From positions 1,545 through 65,544 of the forward strand of contig JANYBJ010000303.1 in NCBI GenBank assembly GCA_025360845.1: a stretch of 64,000 nt of DNA, written 5' to 3'. Made by a program: the position numbers and the translations under genes. Below the pieces are notes generated by a model, which saw nothing but the letters and a program-made list of their open reading frames with translations, was not told where the DNA came from and made no database searches. The stretch comes from a bacterium (GTDB lineage Bacteria > Verrucomicrobiota > Kiritimatiellia > RFP12 > UBA1067). The stretch's first letter is position 1; every line of letters begins with the position of its first letter. This document shows, one piece after another, positions 36,203 to 45,040 of the stretch.

Positions 36203-38556
36203 GGCTACGGCTACACGTTCTATGCGCGGGAGTGCTGTGTGCGGGGCTGTCGGGCATGGCCGACCCCGTGGAGTTGCAGGACCGTCTCCAGTTGGCGGAC
36301 GGGCTTTTCCGGCGCAGCATGTTCGACTTGGCGGCGCGCGAGTACACGGCGCTGGCGGACACGCCGGGGGTGCAGGGGCTCGACAACGTGCTGTTCCGGC
36401 TGGGCGAATGCTATCGGCGGACCAAGCATCCGGCCGAGGCCGAGGCCGCGTACAAGCGGCTGGTCGAGACCTGCCCGGCGAGCGCGAACGTGCATCGCGC
36501 CAATCTGCAGCGCGCGCTGATCCAGATGGATGCGGGCGGTGCGGCGCTGGAGCCGGCCGCCGCGTCCTTCGAGAAGCTGGCGGCGGCGGGTCTGCCGCCG
36601 GAGGTCCGTTCGGCCGCGTTGTATCACTGGGGCGAGACGCTGGAGCGGCTCAACCGGCTGCCCGACGCGTTGGCTCGGTACGAGCAATTGGGCAAGGAGT
36701 TTCCCGACACCGACTACGGCATGTACTCGGGGCTGCGGATCGCGTGGATTCTGACCAAGACCGATAAGCCGGAGGACCGTCGGCGGGCGATGGGGATTTA
36801 TCTGGATCTGGCGCACAAGTCCAAAGACCCGAAGGTGGCGGAAGAGGCCTTCTATTTTGCGGCGCAGGTGGCGTTGGTGGACACGCGCTACGAGGAGAGC
36901 GCCAATCTGTTTCAGACCCTGCGGACCAAATATCCGAACTCGCCGCGCGTGGTCGACAGCGCGCTGTCGGCCGGCTGGGCGAACTTCTACGCGGGCCGTT
37001 TCAAAGAGGCGTCGGAGGTTTTGAATCTGATCATCGACAACGCGCAGCATCCTTTGCGGGAAGAGGTGCTGTATGTCAAGGCCAACTGCCTGCGGCAGCT
37101 CGAGCAGCGGGCCGAGGCGGTGGTCCTGTATGATCAGCAGCTTGCGGCCTTCCCCGAAGGCCGGCTGTCGAAACAGGCCTGGTACGAGAAACTGACGACG
37201 CTCTATCGTGACGGCAAGTATCAGGAGGTGCTGAAGGTCTCTGCGCAGGGGAAGCAGCCGCCCGAGGCGTATGTCGACCACGTGTATTGGATGAATTCCG
37301 AAGCGGCGCTCGCGGTGAAACAGCCCGAGGTCGCGGTGCAGAACTGCCGCTTGCTGGTGGACAAGTGCCCGAAGAGCCCGTTTGTGAAAGACGCGCTTTA
37401 CCGGTTGGGGTGGATGTCGCAGAAGCAGGAGGCGTGGGAGTCGGCTTCCTCCTGGTTCTTGCAGGTGGCCGGGCGTTTTCCTGAAGATCCGCTTGCGGCC
37501 AAGGCGTTGTACGCGTCGGGTGTGTGCCTGGCGCGGCTGGGCCAGAGCGAGGCGGCGCTGCGCGACTGGACGGCGCTGCTGACCAAGTATCCGAACAGCG
37601 AGATGGCGTCCGAGACGCTTTATCAGAAGGCCATGGAAGAGCTGCGTGTTAAAAATACGCGGGCCGCCGGAGCGACGCTTGACGAGCGGATGCGGCGCTT
37701 CCCGGAAGATCCGCGCAAGGCCGAGGTGCTGTATTGGCGGGGGTCGATTTGCCGTCAGGCAAACGATGCCGCCGAGGCGGAGAAGCAGTTTCTGGCGTGT
37801 CTCGCGGCGACGCCTTCCAAAGAATTTGAGCGTGAGGCGATGTTGGAGCTGGGCATGCTGCTGCAGCAGGCCGGACGCAAGCCCGAGGCGGCGGCGCTTT
37901 TTCAGAAGCTGCTCGACGCGCCGATCGCAGAGAAGCTGGGCGTGGACCGGTTGGCGTGGCTGTCGGAGTTTCAGCTCGAGCAGAAGCAGTACGAGGCGGC
38001 GGCGCAGGCGGCCAACGTGATGATCGCGCTCAAGCCCGACAAAGGTTGGCTGCAGACGGCGTGGACCTTGCTGGGACGGGTTCACCGCGCCAAGGCCGAG
38101 CGTGATCCGGCTATCCATGCCTTCACTGAGGCGCTTGGCACCGGGGCGACGACGGCGTATGGAGCCGAGGCCGCGCTGCGCCTGGGAGAATTGCTCACCG
38201 ACGCCGGACGGTTCGACGAGGCCTTCAAGCATTTGAACGATGCGGCGGCGCGTGCGGCAGCGCCCGAGCTGTTGGGATTGCGGGCCAACGCGTATGCGGG
38301 ACTTGCGCGCAACGCCGAGCAGAAGGGCGACACCGAGGGCGCGTTGCGCTTTTACATGAGCGTGGGGATCTTGTTCGACGATCCTGTGCTGGTGCCGGAT
38401 GCCCTGACCAAGGCGGCCGCGCTGCTCGATAAGTTGGGTCGCAAGGATGAGGCCAAAGCCATGCGTGACGAGTTGCGCACCCGGTATCCGGCCTCGCCGT
38501 TGGCGAATCCGGGACAAGCCGGTACGGCGGCGTCGGAGAGAAAGGTCGGCTCATGA
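36199..38556 (+). CDS. Secreted tetratricopeptide-repeat protein
   Basis: 785 aa. Signal peptide, then repeated A..Y..G...Y....Y..A...F TPR-like units throughout. Translationally coupled on both sides. Confidence 0.8.
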   Translation: MRLRLHVLCAGVLCAGLSGMADPVELQDRLQLADGLFRRSMFDLAAREYTALADTPGVQGLDNVLFRLGECYRRTKHPAEAEAAYKRLVETCPASANVHRANLQRALIQMDAGGAALEPAAASFEKLAAAGLPPEVRSAALYHWGETLERLNRLPDALARYEQLGKEFPDTDYGMYSGLRIAWILTKTDKPEDRRRAMGIYLDLAHKSKDPKVAEEAFYFAAQVALVDTRYEESANLFQTLRTKYPNSPRVVDSALSAGWANFYAGRFKEASEVLNLIIDNAQHPLREEVLYVKANCLRQLEQRAEAVVLYDQQLAAFPEGRLSKQAWYEKLTTLYRDGKYQEVLKVSAQGKQPPEAYVDHVYWMNSEAALAVKQPEVAVQNCRLLVDKCPKSPFVKDALYRLGWMSQKQEAWESASSWFLQVAGRFPEDPLAAKALYASGVCLARLGQSEAALRDWTALLTKYPNSEMASETLYQKAMEELRVKNTRAAGATLDERMRRFPEDPRKAEVLYWRGSICRQANDAAEAEKQFLACLAATPSKEFEREAMLELGMLLQQAGRKPEAAALFQKLLDAPIAEKLGVDRLAWLSEFQLEQKQYEAAAQAANVMIALKPDKGWLQTAWTLLGRVHRAKAERDPAIHAFTEALGTGATTAYGAEAALRLGELLTDAGRFDEAFKHLNDAAARAAAPELLGLRANAYAGLARNAEQKGDTEGALRFYMSVGILFDDPVLVPDALTKAAALLDKLGRKDEAKAMRDELRTRYPASPLANPGQAGTAASERKVGS

Positions 38557-40526
38557 TACCTCACGGTTTCGGACAACATCAGAGACAGAGCGACCATCAC
38601 TGGATGGTGGCGTGCGTGGCGGTCTTGCTGTCGGCGGTCATTCATCTGATCCTCATGTATTTTTTTGCCGACTGGACGCTCAACGGTTATTCGCGACTGG
38701 CGGATAAGGGGCGGGACTGGTTTGCGGGCGACCGGGTGCCGCCGATGAGGGTGGAGACCATGCGTGCCGACCCGATGCGCGCGTCTGAGAAAGTCGCCGG
38801 AGAGCGCGATGCGCCCAGCCGGGGACCGATCGAGGTCGGGGAACGCGTGGAGGCCTTGAGCCAGGTCGCAAGTCCCGCCCTGACCGCACCTCCGCCGATC
38901 CCGCGCGAGGCGCTCGCGCCCGGCGTGCCGGCGCTGAAGGATACGGCGGTGGCTCAGGTGGACACGACGCCGTGGATGCCGCGTCAAGAGATCGCGCAAA
39001 TCTTTGACCGCACCGTGCAGGACGAGGTTGCCGCGCTTCCCCGCCGCGAGATCCCCATGATTGAGCGTGTGCCCAAGGCTCCTGACATTGTGCCGTCGAT
39101 TGACCTTGCCGGGCGCAGGTTCGGCAAGGATCCGGAGCCGCCCAAACCGCTCGATGCGGCCGAGGTGTTCGACACCGAAATCAGCAAGGGCACCTTGAAA
39201 ACGCCGTCTGCCGAGGCCCCGGGAACGCCGTCGCAGGTTTCGAAGGGCGCGACCGAGGCGCGCTTCGGGATGCAGCCCGGCGATAAGAGCGGCGTGCCCG
39301 GCGGCTTTGGGGTGCCGGAAGGCCGTGTGAAGCCAGACGCGACAGAGATCACGAAGGCGCAGCAGGAACTGGTTCAGAAGCAGTTGGACACCGCTAACAA
39401 GCAGGTGGCCGAAAGCGCGCTCAGTGATGAAGAGCGCAAGGCGCGTGACGCGCAAGCGCAGATCGCGGCGATACAGGAGACGGTCGACTACGTCCCCATC
39501 GACGATCTTTTGGCCGTCGCGTTGGAGACGTATCGCGATCCCCAAGAGCCCGGCCGCGTCTATTTCCGCATCGGCATCCAGCCGCGGGCGGACAAGAACG
39601 TGCCTGTGATTCCCAAGGACATCGTTTTTGTTCAGGATGTTTCCGCGTCGATTTCGGAAGAGCGACTGAACTTCTGTCGCCGGGCTTTTGCCGCGGCGTT
39701 GGACACGTTGAATCCGGGCGACCGGTTCAATGTGGTGGCCTTCCGCGAGAGTTTCGCGAACTGTTTTCCCGCGTGGATGCCGGCGACGCCTGAAAACAAG
39801 AAGGCCGCGGCCGCTTTTGTTTCAACACTGCGCTCCTTCGGACAGACGGACGTGTTCGGCTCGCTGCGTTCGCTGATGAAACTTCCGCGTGATCCGAAAC
39901 GCCCGATGGTCGCGTTCCTGGTTACGGACGGCAAGCCGACCTTCGGGATGACGGAGAGCGCCAAGATCATCGGCGAGTTCTCGAAGCTCAACAACGGCAT
40001 GATGTCGATCTACATGTACGGCACCCAGAGCAGTGCCAACATCTACCTGCTCGACATGTTGACCTACTGTAATCGGGGCACGACCAAAGTGCTGTCGGGC
40101 AACCGCTGGGATATTCCCGCCTCGATGGCCGTTGAATATGAGAGCATCCGCAATCCGGTGATGGGGGATGTGTCCGTCGTCTTCGACTCCGCCTCTAAGA
40201 GCGAGGTCTACCCCAAGCGTACGGCCAACCTGTACAAGGATCGTCCGCTGGAGATGTCCGGCGTCTGCCCCGAGGGCACGGATGAGCTGGTCTTTCAGGT
40301 TCGCGGGTTGGCGGCGGACAAGGGGTATGATTCGATCTTCCGGTTGAGTCTGACACGGCACGCCAAATTGGGGACACCGGACGTGAAGACGCGCTGGGCG
40401 CAGCAGAAGATGTTTCATCTGGTCGGCGCCTACTCGCGCGACGCGCAGCAGCAGTTCTTCGCCGAGATGCTGAAGGTGAACAAGCAGTACGGCGTGCCGA
40501 TTCCTTACGAGTCCGAACTGAAGTAG
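38553..40526 (+). CDS. TonB/TolA-like N-terminally anchored protein with Pro/Glu/Lys-rich linker and C-terminal VIT-like + von Willebrand factor A domain
   Basis: 657 aa. TM LLSAVIHLILMYFFADWT resembles the TonB/TolA S-x3-H-x6-L-x3-S anchor. VWA MIDAS DVSASIS and VTDGKPT. Confidence 0.7.
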   Translation: MIPHGFGQHQRQSDHHWMVACVAVLLSAVIHLILMYFFADWTLNGYSRLADKGRDWFAGDRVPPMRVETMRADPMRASEKVAGERDAPSRGPIEVGERVEALSQVASPALTAPPPIPREALAPGVPALKDTAVAQVDTTPWMPRQEIAQIFDRTVQDEVAALPRREIPMIERVPKAPDIVPSIDLAGRRFGKDPEPPKPLDAAEVFDTEISKGTLKTPSAEAPGTPSQVSKGATEARFGMQPGDKSGVPGGFGVPEGRVKPDATEITKAQQELVQKQLDTANKQVAESALSDEERKARDAQAQIAAIQETVDYVPIDDLLAVALETYRDPQEPGRVYFRIGIQPRADKNVPVIPKDIVFVQDVSASISEERLNFCRRAFAAALDTLNPGDRFNVVAFRESFANCFPAWMPATPENKKAAAAFVSTLRSFGQTDVFGSLRSLMKLPRDPKRPMVAFLVTDGKPTFGMTESAKIIGEFSKLNNGMMSIYMYGTQSSANIYLLDMLTYCNRGTTKVLSGNRWDIPASMAVEYESIRNPVMGDVSVVFDSASKSEVYPKRTANLYKDRPLEMSGVCPEGTDELVFQVRGLAADKGYDSIFRLSLTRHAKLGTPDVKTRWAQQKMFHLVGAYSRDAQQQFFAEMLKVNKQYGVPIPYESELK

Positions 40527-40561
40527 GAGTAAGAGGGGTCAGGGTTCGGGGGTTCACCCTT

Positions 40562-41317
40562 CTACAGGGTCTTCAGCAGTTCGCGTTCCGCGTGGCAGAG
40601 GATGTGGCACATCTCTTCCCTCGCCGTTGCCGCCCGCAGGTCCGACAGCAGCATCGTCCCGTGCGCCAACATGCAGAGCCGGGCCAGCGTGTGCAGGTGC
40701 AACGCATCGTCCGTGCAGCAGATGAGGAAAAAGATGTCGGTCTCCTCGCCGTCTTGCGCGCCGAAAAAGATGTGCTGGATCGTCTTGCCGAGCACCACGA
40801 ACGACTCGGATGACTGGTAGGGGTCGTGGTAGCGCGCGTGCAGAAACGCCGCTCCGCCGCCGATGGCCGTCGAGCTGACACTTTCGCGTTCCTCAATCTC
40901 GCGCTGCAAGGCCGCGTCGTCGTAGAGCAGCCCGGTGGATACGGCGAGCGCGACCATGTCGCGGACCACGCCCGGCTTGGTGCGCGAAGTGAGCGCGGGA
41001 TTGATCCAGTCGGGGCGAAACAGTTTCTCCACGAGAATGTCTTCGGATGCTTGCGGCGTGCGGTCGGCGACGGCTTCACGGTGGTGCGTGGTCAGCGATT
41101 GGGTGGGCAGGCCGAGGATGCGGCGCTGCGCCCAGTCGTCGAGCAGGCGGTGTTCGAAGAGCATCTCCTCTCCGCGACGCTGACAGGGGATTTCATTGCG
41201 TTGCACCAGATGGAAAAGTTCCCGTTCAGGTATCCGTATGTGCCGTGCGGCTTGCTGGAGTGAGAGGATTTTGTGGGGCATGTTGCGCCTATGGGATTGA
41301 GACGTTCCGCGCTCCAC
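40562..41317 (-). CDS. HTH (excisionase/MerR-type) + PTS EIIA-type-2 (PtsN-like) domain protein
   Basis: N-terminal LSLQQAARHIRIPERELFHLVQRNEIPCQRRG. C-terminal EIIA_2-like region (AIGGGAAFLHARY... IFFLICCTDDALHLHTLARL). Alternative start is ATG at 41281. Confidence 0.7.
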   Translation of the reverse strand: MERGTSQSHRRNMPHKILSLQQAARHIRIPERELFHLVQRNEIPCQRRGEEMLFEHRLLDDWAQRRILGLPTQSLTTHHREAVADRTPQASEDILVEKLFRPDWINPALTSRTKPGVVRDMVALAVSTGLLYDDAALQREIEERESVSSTAIGGGAAFLHARYHDPYQSSESFVVLGKTIQHIFFGAQDGEETDIFFLICCTDDALHLHTLARLCMLAHGTMLLSDLRAATAREEMCHILCHAERELLKTL

Positions 41318-41536
41318 TCGAAGCGCGTTTCGCGCGTCCCTTTTCGCAACAATGCGTTAGAACAAACGCGACATACATTTTTTGTGCGATAAAGTCTACT
41401 GCATTTGGGGAGAGGAGTCAAAGAGGAAGGACCAGACAGAAACTATTTTCAAAATCCTTAGCTGGCGGGCGCTTTTTCGGTTTCTTCGGTGGACAGGAAA
41501 AGGAGGCCGCGATATAATCGCGACAAGAAAGCGGTA

Positions 41537-41559
41537 CCGCACCATGTGCGGGCTTTTTT
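41537..41559 (+). terminator. Candidate intrinsic terminator inside the divergent intergenic region (CCGCAC-CAT-GTGCGG + GC + T6)
   Basis: 6-bp GC-rich stem, 3-nt loop and a T6 tract, 85 nt upstream of the ATG at 41644. Confidence 0.4.
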
Positions 41560-41643
41560 CCGTCTGATTTCCGACACCGTTCGGTGGTGTCGGGTGTCCG
41601 GCGGGCCTGTTAGGCGAAGTGTAAAAGGAAGGGAGTGTTCGGT

Positions 41644-42906
41644 ATGAATGATCATGATCAACCGGGCTATGTGGCGTTGGATACGCATGTCGCAGACCTG
41701 ACCATCACCCAATCGGAGCGCGAGGTTTTGCGCCGGCTGGGCGAACGGGTCATGGCGTTATCCACACGTCAAATCGAGGCGGAAAAGAAGGTGCTCTGGA
41801 CGCGTCAGAACGCATTGCAGGCGTCGCGTCCGCTGATTCTCTGCGACCCTGAATTCAGTTGGCGGGAAATCATTCCCGAGACATCGCTGGAATGTACCCA
41901 TGCCCTCGCCCGGCGTTGGGAGCACCGTCTGCGCAAAGAGATCTTCTGGGGCGAGAAGATGGGCGACGACCGGGTCGTGGAAAGCCGGTTCGCGGTGGGT
42001 TGGGTTTATAAGCGGACGTTCTGGGGGCCGGACACCTCGTCGGTGAACCCGCAGCCGACCCTGACGGATCTGAATGATTTGAGCGGTCTCCAGTTCCAAA
42101 CGATCAATGTGGACCGGGATGCGACGACTGAGATTGTCCATCTGGCGCGCGAGGTTTTCGACCGGGTGTTGCCGGTCAAGTTGAGGGAGAAGTGGTATTG
42201 GTCTTTAGGGTTGACGCGCGAACTGATCAAACTTCGCGGGCTTGACCAGTTCATGAAAGACATCAAGGAGAATCCTCAGGGCGTTCACAATCTGATGGCG
42301 TTCTTGCGCGACGGCACGTTGGATCTGATCACCTTCCTCGAGAATGCGGGGCTCTACAGCCTCAACAACGAAGGCGACTACATCGGTTCCGGCGGTTTCG
42401 GCTGGACCACGCAGTTGCCGGCAAAAGATTATCAGGGAACGGCACGCGCCAAGGACTTGTGGGCGCTGTTCGAGAGTCAGGACACCAAAGGGATTTCTCC
42501 GGAGCTGTTTAATGAGTTCGTCTTGCAGTATCAGAAACCCGTGATCGCGCGTTTCGGGTTGGTCTGCTATGGCTGCTGCGAGCCGATGTCGGACCGGTGG
42601 GGGTACCTCAAGAACATCCCGAATGTCCGGCGCGTCAGCGTGTCGCCCTCCTGCGACCGCGCCAAAATGGCCGCCGCATTGCAGGACAAGTATGTGTATT
42701 CCTGCCGTCCGAATCCGGATGTCCTTTCCGCGAGCGTCTTCGACGAGGCCGCCGCACGCAAAGACCTCCGTGATATCATCGAGAAGGCCAAGGGGTGCCA
42801 CCTCGAGATTATCATGAAGGATCACGATACGATCCACAACGATCCGTCACGAGCGATCGCCTGGTGTAAGATCGCCAAGGAGGAGATCGCCCGCTACTAC
42901 AAATAG
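41644..42906 (+). CDS. Hypothetical protein (possibly URO-D/MtaA-like TIM-barrel fold)
   Basis: ATG 41644 sits behind AAGGAAGGGAG. 420 aa. C-terminal VCYGCCEPMSDRW...VSVSPSCD...CRPNP is reminiscent of uroporphyrinogen-decarboxylase-like proteins. Weak call. Confidence 0.6.
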   Translation: MNDHDQPGYVALDTHVADLTITQSEREVLRRLGERVMALSTRQIEAEKKVLWTRQNALQASRPLILCDPEFSWREIIPETSLECTHALARRWEHRLRKEIFWGEKMGDDRVVESRFAVGWVYKRTFWGPDTSSVNPQPTLTDLNDLSGLQFQTINVDRDATTEIVHLAREVFDRVLPVKLREKWYWSLGLTRELIKLRGLDQFMKDIKENPQGVHNLMAFLRDGTLDLITFLENAGLYSLNNEGDYIGSGGFGWTTQLPAKDYQGTARAKDLWALFESQDTKGISPELFNEFVLQYQKPVIARFGLVCYGCCEPMSDRWGYLKNIPNVRRVSVSPSCDRAKMAAALQDKYVYSCRPNPDVLSASVFDEAAARKDLRDIIEKAKGCHLEIIMKDHDTIHNDPSRAIAWCKIAKEEIARYYK

Positions 42907-42929
42907 GCGGGAACGACATGCCAGAGAGA

Positions 42930-42957
42930 GGGGGCCTGGGAACCCCGGCCCCCTTTT
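42930..42957 (+). terminator. Rho-independent terminator
   Basis: GGGGGCC(T)GG-GAAC-CC(C)GGCCCCC followed by TTTT, 24 nt after the stop codon. Confidence 0.7.
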
Positions 42958-43042
42958 GCCGCCGGGCAGGAAACGTTTCGAAGTTTAGACTTGTTGCGGC
43001 ACGCGTTTTTTTGCACCATGAGGAACTTCTAAAGGAGCACTC

Positions 43043-44992
43043 ATGGCACAGAATATCGTCGAAAAAATCCTTTCCGCTCATCGTGTTTCCGGTGAGCTTA
43101 TCCCGGGCAAAGAGTTGGCCCTCCGCATCGACCAAACGCTGACGCAGGACGCCACCGGCACCATGGCTTATCTCCAGTTCGAGAGCATGGGCCTTGACCG
43201 CGTGAAGGCCGATCTGGCCGTGAGCTATGTGGACCACAACACCATTCAGGTGGGCTTTGAGAACGCCGACGACCACGCGTATCTTAAAAGTGTGGCACAG
43301 CGTTACGGCGTGGTCTTCTCGCGTCCCGGCAACGGCATCTGCCATCAGCTCCATCTCGAGCGGTTCGGCAAGCCGGGCGCGACGCTGCTCGGCAGCGATT
43401 CGCATACGCCCACCGGCGGCGGCATCGGCATGATCGCGATCGGCGCGGGCGGTATCGATGTGGCGGTGGCCATGGGTGGCGGGCCATTTTTCCTGACGTG
43501 CCCGAAGGTCACGCTGGTACGGCTGACGGGCTCGCTCAAACCCGGCGTGTCGGCCAAGGACGTGATCCTGAACGTGCTTTCGGTATACGGCACCAACGGC
43601 AACGTGGGTCGCGTGTTGGAATACGGCGGTCCCGGTGTGGCAGACCTCGGCGTGCCCGCGCGTGCGACCATCACCAACATGGGTGCGGAGCTGGGTGTGA
43701 CCACTTCGGTCTTCCCGAGTGACGCGACGACGCGTTCTTTCCTCAAGGCCCAAGGCCGGGAGCGGGATTGGGTTGAACTGGCCGCCGATGCGGGCGCGTC
43801 GTATGACACGACGTTGGAGATCGATCTGTGCGCGTTGGAGCCCCTGGCCGCGTGTCCGCACTCGCCGGGTGTGATTGCGACCGTGGCGTCGTTGGCCGGC
43901 AAGAAGGTCCAGCAGGTGTTGATCGGCTCCTGCACCAACTCTTCGTACCGTGACCTCAAGACGGCGGCGCTCATGTTGCGCGGCAAGAAGATCCATCCGG
44001 ATGTGGAGGTGGGCGTGGCGCCGGGTTCGCGCCAGGTGGTGGAGATGCTGGCGAAAGAGGGGTTGCTCACCGATCTCGTGTCGGCGGGCGTGCGCATGCT
44101 CGAGAACGCCTGCGGGTTCTGCATCGGCAACCACATGTCGCCCGGTACGGATGCGATCAGCCTGCGCACCAGCAACCGCAATTTCGAGGGACGGACGGGC
44201 ACGCAGTCGGCGCAGGTTTATCTGGTGAGCCCAGAGACGGCGGTGGCGGCGGCGCTGACCGGCGTGTTCACCGATCCGCGCACGCTGGGCGCGTTGCCGA
44301 CGGAAGTGGCCGAGCCTGCGGCGTTCGATGTGGATGACAGCCTCTTCCTGTTCTGCGAGACTGCGGGCAAGGGTGTGCCGGGCACGGCGATCGTGCGCGG
44401 GCCGAACATCGGCCAGGTGCCTTCGGGTAAACCGCTTCCCGAAAAGCTGGACGGCGTAGCCGTGATCAAGGTCGGCGACAAGATCACGACCGACCACATC
44501 ATGCCGGCGGGTGCGCGGCTGAAGTACCGCTCCAACGTGCCGCAGTATGCGAAATACGTGTTCGAGCATGTGGACCCGGCTTTCCACGCCAACGCTTCGG
44601 CGAACCGCGATGCGGGGTTGTATAACGTCATTGTGGCGGGCGAGAGTTACGGGCAGGGGTCGAGCCGCGAGCACGCGGCGATGTGTCCGATGTATCTGGG
44701 TGTGAAGGCGCTGATCGCGAAGAGCATCGAGCGCATCCACCTCGCCAACCTCATCAACTTCGGCATCGTGCCGTTCATCTTCGACAATCCTGCGGATTAC
44801 GGTGCGATAAAGCAGGGAGACAAGCTGGTGATCGACGGGTTGCGCGAGGCGGTTTCCGGTGATGGCAAGGCGGTCGTTAAGAATGTGACCAGGGGCGCTT
44901 CGCTCCCCGTTTCGACGGCGCTGAGCACGCGGCAGAAAACGATCCTTGTCAACGGCGGCCTTTTGGCGGCCGTGGCAACCGGGGCAGTGTGA
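43043..44992 (+). CDS. acn: Aconitate hydratase (aconitase family, ~650-aa type)
   Basis: 649 aa. IDQTLTQDATG, GSDSHTPTGGG, GSCTNSSY, NRNFEGR Fe-S cluster/substrate motifs. Confidence 0.85.
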   Translation: MAQNIVEKILSAHRVSGELIPGKELALRIDQTLTQDATGTMAYLQFESMGLDRVKADLAVSYVDHNTIQVGFENADDHAYLKSVAQRYGVVFSRPGNGICHQLHLERFGKPGATLLGSDSHTPTGGGIGMIAIGAGGIDVAVAMGGGPFFLTCPKVTLVRLTGSLKPGVSAKDVILNVLSVYGTNGNVGRVLEYGGPGVADLGVPARATITNMGAELGVTTSVFPSDATTRSFLKAQGRERDWVELAADAGASYDTTLEIDLCALEPLAACPHSPGVIATVASLAGKKVQQVLIGSCTNSSYRDLKTAALMLRGKKIHPDVEVGVAPGSRQVVEMLAKEGLLTDLVSAGVRMLENACGFCIGNHMSPGTDAISLRTSNRNFEGRTGTQSAQVYLVSPETAVAAALTGVFTDPRTLGALPTEVAEPAAFDVDDSLFLFCETAGKGVPGTAIVRGPNIGQVPSGKPLPEKLDGVAVIKVGDKITTDHIMPAGARLKYRSNVPQYAKYVFEHVDPAFHANASANRDAGLYNVIVAGESYGQGSSREHAAMCPMYLGVKALIAKSIERIHLANLINFGIVPFIFDNPADYGAIKQGDKLVIDGLREAVSGDGKAVVKNVTRGASLPVSTALSTRQKTILVNGGLLAAVATGAV

Positions 44993-45040
44993 TAAATCAC
45001 ATTGACCGCACGGTCATACAAAAGGTAACATATCTAAACC

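Noticed and set aside
36220-38517. 765-aa minus-strand ORF
   Set aside because: Antisense shadow of the TPR gene. It is Arg/Gln/Leu-rich with no domain signatures.
42812-44740. 642-aa minus-strand ORF
   Set aside because: Antisense to the aconitase gene, and Arg/His-rich nonsense composition.
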